Assembly: GCA_043228905.1 (NCBI GenBank)
Contig: JBHGNT010000012.1
Span: 7,750,001 to 7,814,000 of the forward strand
Direction: 5' to 3'
Length of the DNA: 64,000 nucleotides
Source: Azolla caroliniana
Lineage: Eukaryota; Plantae; Polypodiophyta
How positions within the stretch are numbered: the first letter of the stretch is position 1; every line of letters begins with the position of its first letter. Made by a program: the position numbers and the translations under genes. This document shows, piece by piece, positions 10,285 to 22,323 of the stretch. The notes under the pieces are model-generated. The model was given only the letters and a program-made list of their open reading frames with translations. It was not told where the DNA came from and did not search any database.

Positions 10285-13200
10285 TTGATTCGTTCATTCT
10301 GCTTGTCCATCTGTTTGCGGGTGATAGCCAGAGGAGAGATTACAAGTGACCTTGAGCATTTTGAAGAGATGCTTCCAGAATTTCGAGACGAATTGGGGTC
10401 CACGGTCACTAATGATGCTATTGGGGAGGTTTTGATGTTGATATACCTCTCACATGACAGTTTCAGCGGTTTCTTCTCTAGTGATTTCCTTAGTACAAGG
10501 CAGAAAATGTGCCATCTTTGTATATCGATCTACTACTGTTAAGATCGGGTTGAATCCCTTTGAAATTGGAAGATCTGTGATGAAATCTAGAGAAATGGAT
10601 TGCCACGGCTTACTTGGAATTGGCAGTGGTTCCAATAAACCATATGGATGATGTCTTGGCATCTTTACCCTGCAACATGTATCACATGTCTGAACATAGT
10701 TTTCGACAAATCGTCGCATATGAGGCCACCAGAATGATCATTGTACTAAATCCAACATTTTAGTACTACTGAAATGCCCAACTGTATATGTGTCATGACA
10801 AGTTTGGACTACTCAAAGCCAACCAGAACCATTAGGAACAGACAAGAGTTTCTTAAAGAATAGTAATCCATCATGACATTCAAATTGTCGATAGTCTGTA
10901 CCTGGTTGTTGCGACTACGAACAAGATGCCCGAGAGGGATCAATTTGTGCTAGAATGGCTTGAGCGAAAGCATCTATCTTCAAGTCCTCACGTACGGTAT
11001 CAATAATGTGGGAATCCAATGGCATATCGAAAACCCACGTTGCTTGCAGTCGTGCTAGTCCCAGGATTACTTGCTTTTGGTTATCGAATGTTGGCTCACC
11101 AGGACGCGGTGCTAGATACGAGCGTCGTGATAACGCATCTGTCTTCCCTAAGTGTTGTTTCCCAGGACGATATGTAATTTTGAAGTCGAAACGAGTGAGG
11201 AATTGGGCCCACCGAGCTTGACGTCGATTTAATACATGAGCATTCTGGAAGTAGGCAAGATTCTTGTGATCACTGAATACAATGAATGACTTGATGAGAA
11301 GATCCCTCTAGAAAATGACTCCATTGCGTAAAAGAGTCCACTATTGCTAATAGCTCCTTATCATGAATTTCATAGTTGATTTCGGCGGCATCAAACTTGC
11401 ACGAGTGGAAAGCCACATGATGTAGCTTTTCATCATCGCCTTGTTGTGACAGAATGCTACCCAAGGCGAAATCTGACACGTCTGCCTCAATGATGAGCGG
11501 TTTTTTCGGATCAACATGGGCTAGGATAGGAGCTGATGTAAATGCCTTCTTAAGACTCTCAAAAGCCATGTATGCTTCTTTAGACCAAACAAACGACTGC
11601 CCCTTCTTGGTAAGTTGTGTGAGAGGTAGAATAAGCTTTGAGTAATCCTGTATAAACTCGCGGTAAAAATTGGCAAAGCCTAAAAAGCATTGCACATCTC
11701 GCAACGAACATGGATTCTACCACTCTACCATAGTTTTGACCTTAGCTAGATCCATAGAGATGCCTTCAGAGGAGATGACATAGCCCAGAAATTCCACTTG
11801 GTTGCACTCGAAACTACATTTTTCCAGTTTTGCATAAAGACCATGTTCTTGAAGCCGTTTTAGTACTAACAGTACATGAGAATCATGCTCTTCTTGGGTC
11901 TTCGAATAAACCAATAGATCATCCAAATAGATGATCAAACAAACATCCAAGAGATCTCGGAATATATCATTTGCCATGTGTTGGAAGACTGTTGGCGCAT
12001 TAGTGAGACTGAATAGCATGACCGTATACTCGAAGTGCCCATATCTAGTGCGAAACGCAGTCTTCCATTCATCTCCTAGTCGGATCTGTAAGAGGTTATA
12101 TGCTCCTTGTAAATCGATCTTTGTGAAGAACCTTGCACCATTGATCCGTTCTAAAAGACTTGAGATAAGGGGACTGCATACCTATTCCTGATGGTGACCT
12201 TATTCAAGCCATGGTAATCTACGACAAGACGAAATGATCCATCCTTTTTCTTGACAAAGAAAACAGGTGCGTCGGCTGGAGATTTCGAATGTCGAATGAA
12301 ACCGTTTGCCAGATTCTCCTCTATATAGGCTCGAAGGACTTCTAGCTCAGTTGGTGCAAGTTGTAGATCAATCCCATGGTGGCTCTTTTCCCAGTTGTAA
12401 AACAATGGGGTAATCATACGGTCAGTGGTGAGGAAGCATATTGGCTTGTACCTTATCGAACACATCAATATAATGACGATACTTCTCTGGAAGTTGAACT
12501 GTTGATTCCTCTTTAGTGGTGTTGGAAGGTTTTACTGATACCGCAAAGATGAACATTGGTTCCTTGCATCCTTCCTCACATAATTGATGTAGCGAAATGG
12601 TTGCAATCCTATGAGTAGATCCTCGAGTTTGTCAATACTGGATTTCTCTTGTTCACCAATCTATGTCTGGGTTATATAATTCAAACCATGGTAATCCCAA
12701 AACAATGAGATGTTTTGGGCTACTAATTATATTAAATGATACTACGCACCCAAAATTATCTAGGATAATATTAATTGGCTCTGACTCTTCTATGATATTT
12801 CTGGAAGCAATGGGACGACCATCAATGACTACTACGGAGGCTGGACAAGGGAGTTTTCTTAGGGATATCTGATGAGCTTAGGCAAAATTCCTATCCATAA
12901 AGCAAGAATTAGCTCCGGAATCTAGGAGTGCTAAGACATGTACTGGAGGGGTACTTTTGGTACTAACTGTTACTTGAGCTAAGAACACATTGCTAACTTG
13001 CTTAGAGGGAATGGAACCACTAATGGGTTGCACAAATCTAGGGTTGTCCAACCAAACGGCTCCTATTTTGGCTGAACTTAGACGTTTAACTCTTCTTATA
13101 ATTGACTAAGGATATCAAATTTGTTTGATAAACTTGGGCTATTAGTACTATTAGGACTATCGGACACTCCTACCAAAATAGACTCTGGTTTAATACAAGC

Positions 13201-14542
13201 AACTATTTTATTTACATGTCTTCTTGGCCTATGTGGACAGTTTATTGCGATATGCCTTGGTCCTCCACAATAAAGACATAATCGATTTACTCGACACCGC
13301 TGCTTTTTTCTTCTGACAATGGTCCACGACGACATGTGGTGTCAATTTCCATTCGTGTTGGAGTATTTGCCGGAGATGCATGATATGGCTCCCTTGCAGA
13401 TGATTTTGCTATGACCGACGCGTATGTGGGCTCCGACCTGGTCCTTGGCATTTGTAACTGGCGTTTTGAACGTCATTCAAAAAGCCGGTTATCGCATCAT
13501 ACCAGTCAATTGATTGCCTCTGTGAGTGATTTTGGTTCTTCGGAGTAAGTCAGGAGTAAGTCTTTGACATCATTTCGTAGGCCATATCGAAATTGCTCCA
13601 TCAATGCTTGATCATCCCAGGGGATATCAGAGGCGAGTAGACGGAAATCTGCAGCGTAAGCGGAGGCTAGACGATCACCTTAACGTAATCGTCGGATTTT
13701 GTTGATTGTCGTCCTTATGCTATCAGTATCTCCAAAATAGGCTTTAAACTAGCTTATAAACTCTTCAAAATTATTTAGTAAGGGAGAACGTTTTTCCAAC
13801 AACAGAGCGAACCACGCCAAAGCTGACCCGCTCAATAGCGTGCCTACTGGACCCACTCGTGATGCATCGGTGGGATATCATGAAGGATGCATTTGAATGA
13901 CTAATCGTACCTAATTAAGGAATCCTCTGAACTGTGATTGTGTTCCATTGAATTTCATAGGAAGGCCGATCTTGGGTTCTTTATGAATCCCTTGAGTACT
14001 TGATCCTTGTTGTTGCAATGCTACAATGGTTGCTTCAAGTTGTTGCACGCGTAATGCTAACTCCCCATGTTGCTGTTGCAACTCCCCATGTTGTTGTTGC
14101 GTGTGCTGCTTTTCTAAAGAGATTTGTTGAAGATCCCCAAAAAACCGTTGATTTTCTTGTTCCAATGCGACAAACCTTTCTTTCAAGCACTGCAGCTCCA
14201 AGAAAACAGATTGGTATTCTTGAGCGCTAACAATTGCCATAGTATTGGAGGAAGGAAGGATAAGAAGATTAGTATGAAGGGAAGGAGGGATACGAAGCCG
14301 AAGAGGGTACCAAGAAGAGGGTACCAAGAAATCGGTTCAAACTGTCATGCAAGAGGTATGTCAACATCATGGCCTCCCCAATAGCATCTTGATAGTATTG
14401 TTCCTGACCGTTTGAACCAATTTGGTTCTTGATAATGCCATGTGCCTCTTTTTTATAGTGGCTTTAAGAATATTCTTGACATTTCTAGAATGTTCTAGAG
14501 AAATCTAGAATATACATGGATTTCCTAAGTGAAATAATAAAT

Positions 14543-17500
14543 GGAAGAGAGAGCGGAAGATACACTTATGAACAACACAAGATGGGGGATGAGTAACTAT
14601 ATTAAATTAGCATTATCATCATCATCATCAAATACAAAAATACCTACAATGAGGTATATATAGATCTCATGTGCAAGGGTGCACATATGTGAGTATAATA
14701 TAGGTACAAAGGTGTAAGTCATGTATTAAATGTACTTGGGAGTGGAGGATCTACAATATCCCACTTAAGTACAAGGTCCTATTTAAGGTGTTATAGTCAA
14801 CACTTCTAACTAGATTCTATCTAGGTAACTACGAAGTTACATGGTTGACTAACTAACTAAACTAAGTTGAGCTTGATCTCTCAACACGCCCCCTCAAGCT
14901 CAAGTACGGGGCATCCGATGTCCGCGTTGACTTTCGACGTTCAGATCTTCAATTTGGTTGAATCGGCTTCGGCTTTGGATGGCCGGTATTGATTCTTTTG
15001 GCGTCGACGTTTTTGTGGCAGTTTTGGTGCCTCCCCCTCAAGCTTGTGATGAAGGCTTGTCCTGCGAAATTGGCCGACTATTTTCACCCATCGTGGGTTA
15101 CAAGCCACTTCTATAGAGCTCTCGGGCTCTTGTTCGGCCGCTACCTTCATCGTGAAGGCGTAATGATGGGCCATATACTCGTTGTAGCCGAGCCGAGTGA
15201 CGGGATTCTTCTCTCTAGAAGAGCATCAAAGTTTTTCGCTCGCCGATGTGAGCGCCTTCTTTACTCCGGGTGTACACATGATGGGTACACCAAACTCATT
15301 GTCTAGTGAGGGAGCCGATCCATCCAAATCATTGTCATTGGGGTGATCGACTTCGTATTCGGGCATCTTACCTTTGCCTTTGTCCAAGTTCGTACTTGGC
15401 CGCGACATGTTTGGGTCGCGTGGGGCCTCTTGTGGCCCACTAGGCCTCGCCATAATCGGACTTTCTTCGAACATGTGTTTGAAGCGATCTCCATCTTCTA
15501 CCTCTTGTTCGGCGGATTCCGGGTTAAGCGGAATTAGAGTTGAAGTTGTCTCCGATGTGTACCAAGATGCGGACTCGTCAAAGTCGACGTCTCGACTTAC
15601 ACGAACTTTTCGAATTGAGGAGTTATAGCACTTGTATGCCTTCTTCTCAGATGAGTATCCTATGAGGCTACATTCCTCCAACTTCGCGTTGGGCTTCTGT
15701 CGTTGTTCGTTCGGGATGCATACATTCGCAATGCTTCCGAACACCTTGAGGTGTGACAGGATCGGCTTCCTTCCGACAAGGAGCTCGTATGGAGTTAGCT
15801 CATGCACTCCATTAGTGGTGCATCGATTCATGAGATAGACGGTCGTGGATGCCGCTTCGGCCCAATAGAAATTCGGCATGTGCTTCTCATGCATCATGGC
15901 CCGTGCTACCTCGAGTATTTGCCGATTTTTCCTTTCAACGACTCCATTTTGTTGGGGTGCGTGTCAGCACGAGAATTCTCTCCAAATGCCTTCACTTTGG
16001 AGGTAGGAGGTGAATTCATCGGAGAAGTACTCCTTGCCTCCATTCGATCATAGGCATCGAATGTGCCGACCGGTTTCTTTTTCGACTTGCCCCTTGAGCT
16101 TTTGGAAGTGGGAGAACACTTCGCTTTTCTTCTTCATCAGGTAGATCCACGCGTAGCACGAGTAGTCGTCGATGAAGCTCATCTACCGATCGTCGGCGTT
16201 TGAGCCGGTCCACATACATCCAAGTGTACGACGTCGAGGTCTCTCCTTCGGGAATGGGAGTCGGTGTTGTTTTTCGAGTTGACACGCTTCGCATACTCGG
16301 TCGACTCGTTTCGACTCGAATGTCGGAATTTCGATGACGACTTCCTTTGTTTGCATAGCTCGAAGCCATTGGAGGTTTATGTGGTCGATTCTCTTGTGCC
16401 ACAACTCGATGCTTGTCTCGGTTTTGAGACCTTTGGCGTACATTGCCGATTTCACCTCGTTCGAATCAAGGATGAACATTTGGCCGTCTCTCCACCCCTT
16501 AGCTATGAGTTGGCCATCTTTCTCAATGAAACAACCTTCGTTGTTGAAGCAGACTTGCATGCCTTGCTCCATGATTTGGCCGATTGAGACCAAATTCTTC
16601 ATTATTGTGGGCACGTGCAAGACACTCTTGATGCAAGTTTGCTCGCCTTCTTTCCCGAATGGGACATTGCCGATGTGTCGAATGGGGTGCGTGGTGTCGT
16701 CTCCCGTCTCTATGAAGCCGGGTCGATCCGTCGTTCGTAAATCATGAAACCACTCTTTGTGAGATGTCATGTGATGTGAGGCGCCGGAGTCGACGAACCA
16801 CACGTCTTTCGAGTTGGAGGTGCTTGTGGAGTTGGAGGCCGACATAGAGTTCGCTCTATGCCTCATTACGAATAGTCCGTCGTAATCATCGTATTCGGAG
16901 TTGATGGCATAATTCGTGTGTTGTCGACTTGTGGAATCCGACTCGCTTCTTCTTTTTCGGCATTCCTCCTCGCGGTGGCCGATTTTGCCATAATAATTGC
17001 AAGTTGCGGGCCGCGTTTGCCGACCTTGTTCGGCGTGGAAGCTCCCCCTTCTTTCGAAGCTTCCTCGATGGCTTCCATGAAGGTTTGAGTTCCCTTCGTG
17101 TGATGGGCCAAATTGACCTCTTCTACCGTTGTGACCTCCTCCTCGGCCACCGTTCGAATTCAACAAGAACATTTTTCCTTCTGACCTCTTGCTTTTGGTT
17201 TGGATGTGGTTCTCTTCAACCAATAGCATTGATTGGAGGTCGAAGAATGGAGGGTTTTCTCTCGCCAAGATTGCCGTCCGTAATGGATCGAATCGTTGTG
17301 CGAGGCCGCCCAAGCATACTTGAACAATCTCGTCTTCGTCGACGTTTATGTTGATGGAGCCAAGTGAGTCACAAATGCTCTCGATCTTGGTGGTGTAGTC
17401 CGACACAGACATGTCTTTTTTCCGAATGTTGTTCAACTCTTGTCGGAATTGAAGCTTTCGGGTGGTCGTGTTAGCGACGAACATTTTCTTTAAGTTCACC

Positions 17501-18384
17501 CACACTTCTTTTGGCATCTTGGCGTCTCGAATGTGGCTAAGCATGTGGTCGTTTACACATGTTGTCAAGCAATACATGACTCGACTCGCCGCTTGCTCCC
17601 ATGTTGCGTAGTCGGCGTTCTTTGAATCGGATTGATTTTCTTGAACGTCGTTGATGTAGCTCCAATACCCTTGGCCGACAAGGTATTGGTTCATCTTGTA
17701 CGCTCAAGATGAATAATTTCTCCGGTCTAGCTTTTCACTAGGGAGCGAGCTACCCATTTGTGTGTTCATGTTGATTGTAGTGTCTTCTCTTCTTTTGCTT
17801 TTCTTCCTTTGATCACGTACATGTGCTACGTAGCGGCACTACAGTAGCCGATAGCCGAATTTTGTCGTTGGCGTCTCGAACACACAATCACGGAGTCGGG
17901 TGGGTTTAGTGGATTTTCTAAACCACACGCTCTGATACCATGTTAAGAATTAAGTGATTAACTACGGGTTAATTAGTACCTAATTATGTGATTAAGTTAA
18001 GCGGAAGATTAAGTGATATGTGTGTATGTGTGTGAGAGGAAGAGAGAGAGGAAGATACACTTATGAACAACACAAGATGGGGGATGAGTAACTATATTAA
18101 ATTAGCATTATCATCATCATCATCATCAAATACAAAAATACCTACAATGAGGTATATATAGATCTCATGTGCAAGGGTGCACATATGTGAGTATAATATA
18201 GGTACAAAGGTGTAAGTCCTGTATTAAATGTACTTGGGAGTGGAGGATCTACAATATCCCACTTAAGTACAAGGTCCTATTTAAGGTGTTATAGTCAACA
18301 CTTCTAACTAGATTCTATCTAGGTAACTACGAAGTTACATGGTTGACTAACTAACTAAACTAAGTTGAGCTTGATCTCTCAACA
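14543..18384 (-). mobile_element. Ty1/Copia B2, non-autonomous (gag-PR-INT, no RT/RNase H); 3' LTR truncated
   Basis: 5' LTR 17941-18384, PBS 17940-17929, gag-PR ORF 16183-17694 (WFVDSGAS), integrase 15226-16180, PPT 14887-14900, 3' LTR 14543-14886 nearly identical to 18038-18384. Same family as B1. Confidence 0.95.
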
Positions 18385-20720
18385 TATTCCATATATTCAG
18401 ATCTTGATTTCCACACAAAATATTGTGATAGCTCCGTCAAAGCACAAGCCACCTTGATTGTAATGGGAACATCCATATTATCTTTCTTCCACCAAGTATC
18501 TCTTACTTGAATATACCACTGATCGTCTCACATTACTTTTTCAGGTATCCTAAATCGTATGGACGCCATTTTTTATTGACCAACGGTTCTCAATATAACA
18601 GGAGCATGATCAGAGAAAATTGTGCCTGGCGTAATCGTGATATTCCCCCATTTAAGACAAAGGCCTCCCCCACATAAAATCTATCCAATCTTGAAAGATT
18701 GGTTCCACCAATTCTCCTATGAGAACATGAGAATCACCCTGAGATCTATAGACATTAGGCATATGCCATGCATCCAAAATACTCAATTTCAAACACATTT
18801 GTTCCCAGACTACTAGTTCCTCCCCGTGAATTGTTGTCACACTCACTCCTTTCCTATCATTTGGGTCCTCAAGCATGTTAAAATCCCCTGCAACACACCA
18901 ATGAGGCACATTCAGTAATGCATTTGTAATTTCACACCAAAAGTGTTTCCTAGCCAATCCATGATTTGGCGCATAAATATTCAAGTAACCCCAAGTTGTA
19001 TGCAATCTTGTAACACAATATATTGTGCTCTGATCTCTTTACATATAATACTTGATTTCCAATGGTGTTATTGCCATACACACCCCACCCCGCCTTGTGT
19101 ACCACTAGTGCCAATAGCCGAGGACCAAAACATCTCCCAACTACCAGGTAATATAGTGCCATAGTTCCTTATTCGTTGCTCATTCAAATGATGTTCTTGA
19201 AACATCATAATATCCAACGGCCCATTTGTAAGACACTTTTGTAATGTTTGCCTTAACCTGCCTCTATATCTTCGGTACAAGGGGCCTCACAAGCCCTGAA
19301 CATTCCACGTGAGGAGCCTCATTAACAACCGCTAGAAGTCGAACCAGGCCCAAGCCTACAAGTTTTAGAGGATGGTTCCATGGAGCTTAGCCCCCCCCCC
19401 CCCCCCCCCAAATCTCCCATAATCACCATTTGGCCTTTGAGTATGTCACAACCTTCTTTAATGAAACGCCAATGATGATGGGCCCAAGCCTTGGCTTGGC
19501 TTTCCAGTACCTCATCTTCATGAATATAAACATACCCAAATCAAACAACATGTTTGAAGGTACATCCAATACAACATTCTTGTGGTTCATCCAAATTTGG
19601 AACCATTGAACAACTTGCATTCTCTAACCCCCTCAATAGTGCTTCCCCCAATTGAGGGCTTTGCACATATTTGACAAAATGCAAAACATGTCCTCTCATG
19701 GCCAACATCACATTTGGGTGATTCCATACATTTCTCTCATAACCACATAATGGAAAGGAATAACCGAGAAATGGGCTTTCCAATTGTTTTTGTCTAAATA
19801 AAACATGAACCCTTATTGCAATGGGTTCATGAACATCCTTAACACCCAAATGTTTTGTAAGTCGTGCCCAAAGGGGGCTGCATAATCAAGTATCAAAAAA
19901 GCACCACTTCCGGTATCCTCCTTCAACATCCCACACGTTCTTATCGTGACCTCATTATCCAATTTTCGTGAACGTAATGTTCTTTTCGAAGCAAATGTTC
20001 TAGTTACACACCCATCATTTGGATGGATGGTACCAACAATTTTCTCCCTTATCTCTGTAGTGGGTGTTGGTTGCGCTTGCATATCAGCTTCTATGTCCAA
20101 CACATTGTACGCACTAGGGGTGAGGCATGTCTCTTGCATAGGCACCGTACGTGTCTTGCACCCATGCTTAGCCTTTACATTCATCCATTAATTGTCTCAT
20201 GTTTCCCCTTGTGCCCTTACATCCATACAATCTTAGGCTAGTTTCTCTTGGCAATTATCTACCTCATGCCCCTCTTGTTTACAATACTCGCAACAACGTT
20301 TTTTTCCCCCAATTTAGCATTTCTCCTTGGACAATTCTTGGCTAAATGTCCCATTTGCCGATAATAGAAACATTGTCCAGGGAGTTTGGCAAACTCCACC
20401 TTTTTCTCTATAAAATCTCCTTCTTCATTTGGTAGCATTATCTTTGTAGGTAAGTTTTCGAGTAATCCTACCAAGATTTAGGCTAACGGAAATCCTGACA
20501 TTTTAGTTATTCACACAACCATATTTTCTTGGACCTTCACCACTGTTCCGATCCTCAAAGCTATCGCTCCAAACATCGGTAAATACTCCTTACGTAATCC
20601 CGGGAAGACAATTGTTAACGGAAATATCCGATCTCCTTTCCGTATTGCCTCCATAGGAGTAAAACCTTGTTTCCAAGGCATCACAAATGCACGAGCACCT
20701 CTTACATCAAGAGGACTATG
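18385..20720 (-). mobile_element. Degenerate L1-type LINE, 5' portion (ORF1 end and ORF2 endonuclease)
   Basis: ORF1 zinc-knuckle relic GQCFYYRQMGHLAKNCP; APE motifs LDIMMFQEH, NIYAPN, WCVAGDFN, SDHAPV (~18600). Same strand as, and collinear with, the 7550-9057 piece. Confidence 0.85.
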
Positions 20721-21149
20721 TTTGTCATATATTGGTCATCTTTTTTATATTCAATCAATATGTCACCAAGCCAAATATTGAAGTATACAATTCCGTTTAA
20801 TTAGAGTACCATGTACAGGAGTAATCACATAGAATTCTTGAAGAATCCATATGAGCTATCACATAAATTTTGATTTCCTAGTTTTGGTTTTCAAATGTCA
20901 GTATAAAAAAAACTTTGAACATACATATTTCTTATACATAAGTGATCATGACCATGAGGATATATGTACATGTTGGAACCCACATGTAATATTTGAATAT
21001 ACATATCATACAATATATACACACAACTTTGGCACAACATCAAAACATGTAAAATCATGGCCACATTATGGTGGATGATTTGAAATCTAGTTTTCTAAGT
21101 GAGTAAATGTAGTCGACTAAATATGCAATCCAAACATAGGTCTATTATG

Positions 21150-21545
21150 CACACACATATTATACATGGCAATGTTTGGGGAACATCTCAAACATGACCA
21201 TTACGTAACACATGGACATGTCAACGCTCAGGTAACATCTCAAACACATGGACATGTCAATGCTCAGGTAACATCCCAAACATCACCACGTAACACCAAT
21301 GCATAGTTGATCGATTATACACACATACACATGACAATGTTTAGGGAACATCTCAAACACATGTACATGCCAATGCTCAAGTAACATCCCAAACATGACC
21401 ACATCAATATGTAACACTCACACTCTGGTGATCAACAACACACATATGTACATACATATGACAGTGTTAGGGGAGCATCTCAGGCACATGTACATGACAA
21501 TGCTCCAGTAACATCTCGAACACGGCCATATGTAACAACCACACA
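21150..21545. repeat. Degenerate tandem repeat, ~35-bp subunits in ~150-bp blocks
   Basis: Recurring CATGNCAATGCTCAGGTAACATCYCAAACA / CATGACAATGTTTAGGGAACATCTCAAACA units. Confidence 0.8.
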
Positions 21546-22031
21546 TAATTACAATGTTGGTCTTTTCCTGTGGTTTCAATCCCGACTCCTTAACCCATCT
21601 TTGATTATATTAGTCATTTGTTAGTCAAACATTGAGGAAGAATGACACAAATGAATTGCCCATATTTTGTCAACATGATGTACACCTCATAGTGAATTGA
21701 GGATTTTTTTGAAGACACACATTTTGTACTTTTGATGGGTATTTACAGGAATTCAGGGAGCTTAAGTTGATGACGTTGCATTTATGAGTCGATTCGTTTT
21801 ACATTGACGGATCGATGGCGATGGAAGGAAAAAAAACGGTCGGTGGCAATATCGGGCAGAATAAATGATGCAAGAAATTGGCCAAAGCATCAATAATATA
21901 CTTTAAATGCAGCACCCCATTTTGGAGAATGGTTTTAATGCATTTCATGTAATGTAGTGAGGCCTGAATTTTCGGAAGAAGTTCCAATCCCAATCTTCAG
22001 AGTTTGGGTACACTCCCAATTCGAAGAGTTC

Positions 22032-22243
22032 GATGGCATTTGTACTAGTGATCATCTTTAAAAAAGATTCAATAACCTTCATAATATATTGGCATTGATT
22101 CCAGGATGGCATTTGTATTAGTGATCATCTTTAAAAAGGATTCAATAACCTTCATATATTGGCATTGATTCGAGGAATCCGATGACATTTGTACTAGTGA
22201 TCGTCTTTAAAAAGGATTCAATAACCTTCATATTGGCATTGAT
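22032..22243. repeat. 3 tandem copies of a ~73-bp unit just downstream of the ARM gene
   Basis: GATGGCATTTGTACTAGTGATCATCTTTAAAAARGATTCAATAACCTTCATA...TTGGCATTGATT at ~22032, ~22105, ~22181. Confidence 0.9.
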
Positions 22244-22323
22244 TGGAGGCGCGGAATGGATTAAGGATTTTGCGGCCGCATGAGTTTCGAACCTCATGAT
22301 TCGATTCGCTACAAGTAGTAGTA

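Larger units (their letters stand above)
9058..14546 (-). mobile_element. Ty3/Gypsy chromovirus (Tcn1-like), decayed
   Basis: 3' LTR 9058-9486, PPT 9487-9500, gag from ~14240 with CLYCGGPRHIAINC, protease ALLDSGANS (~12930), RT YLDDLL, RNase H ADVSDFALG / NYEIHDKELLAI, integrase ISLDFITDLP, chromodomain. Partial 5' LTR 14410-14546 matches 9253-9387. Confidence 0.95.
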
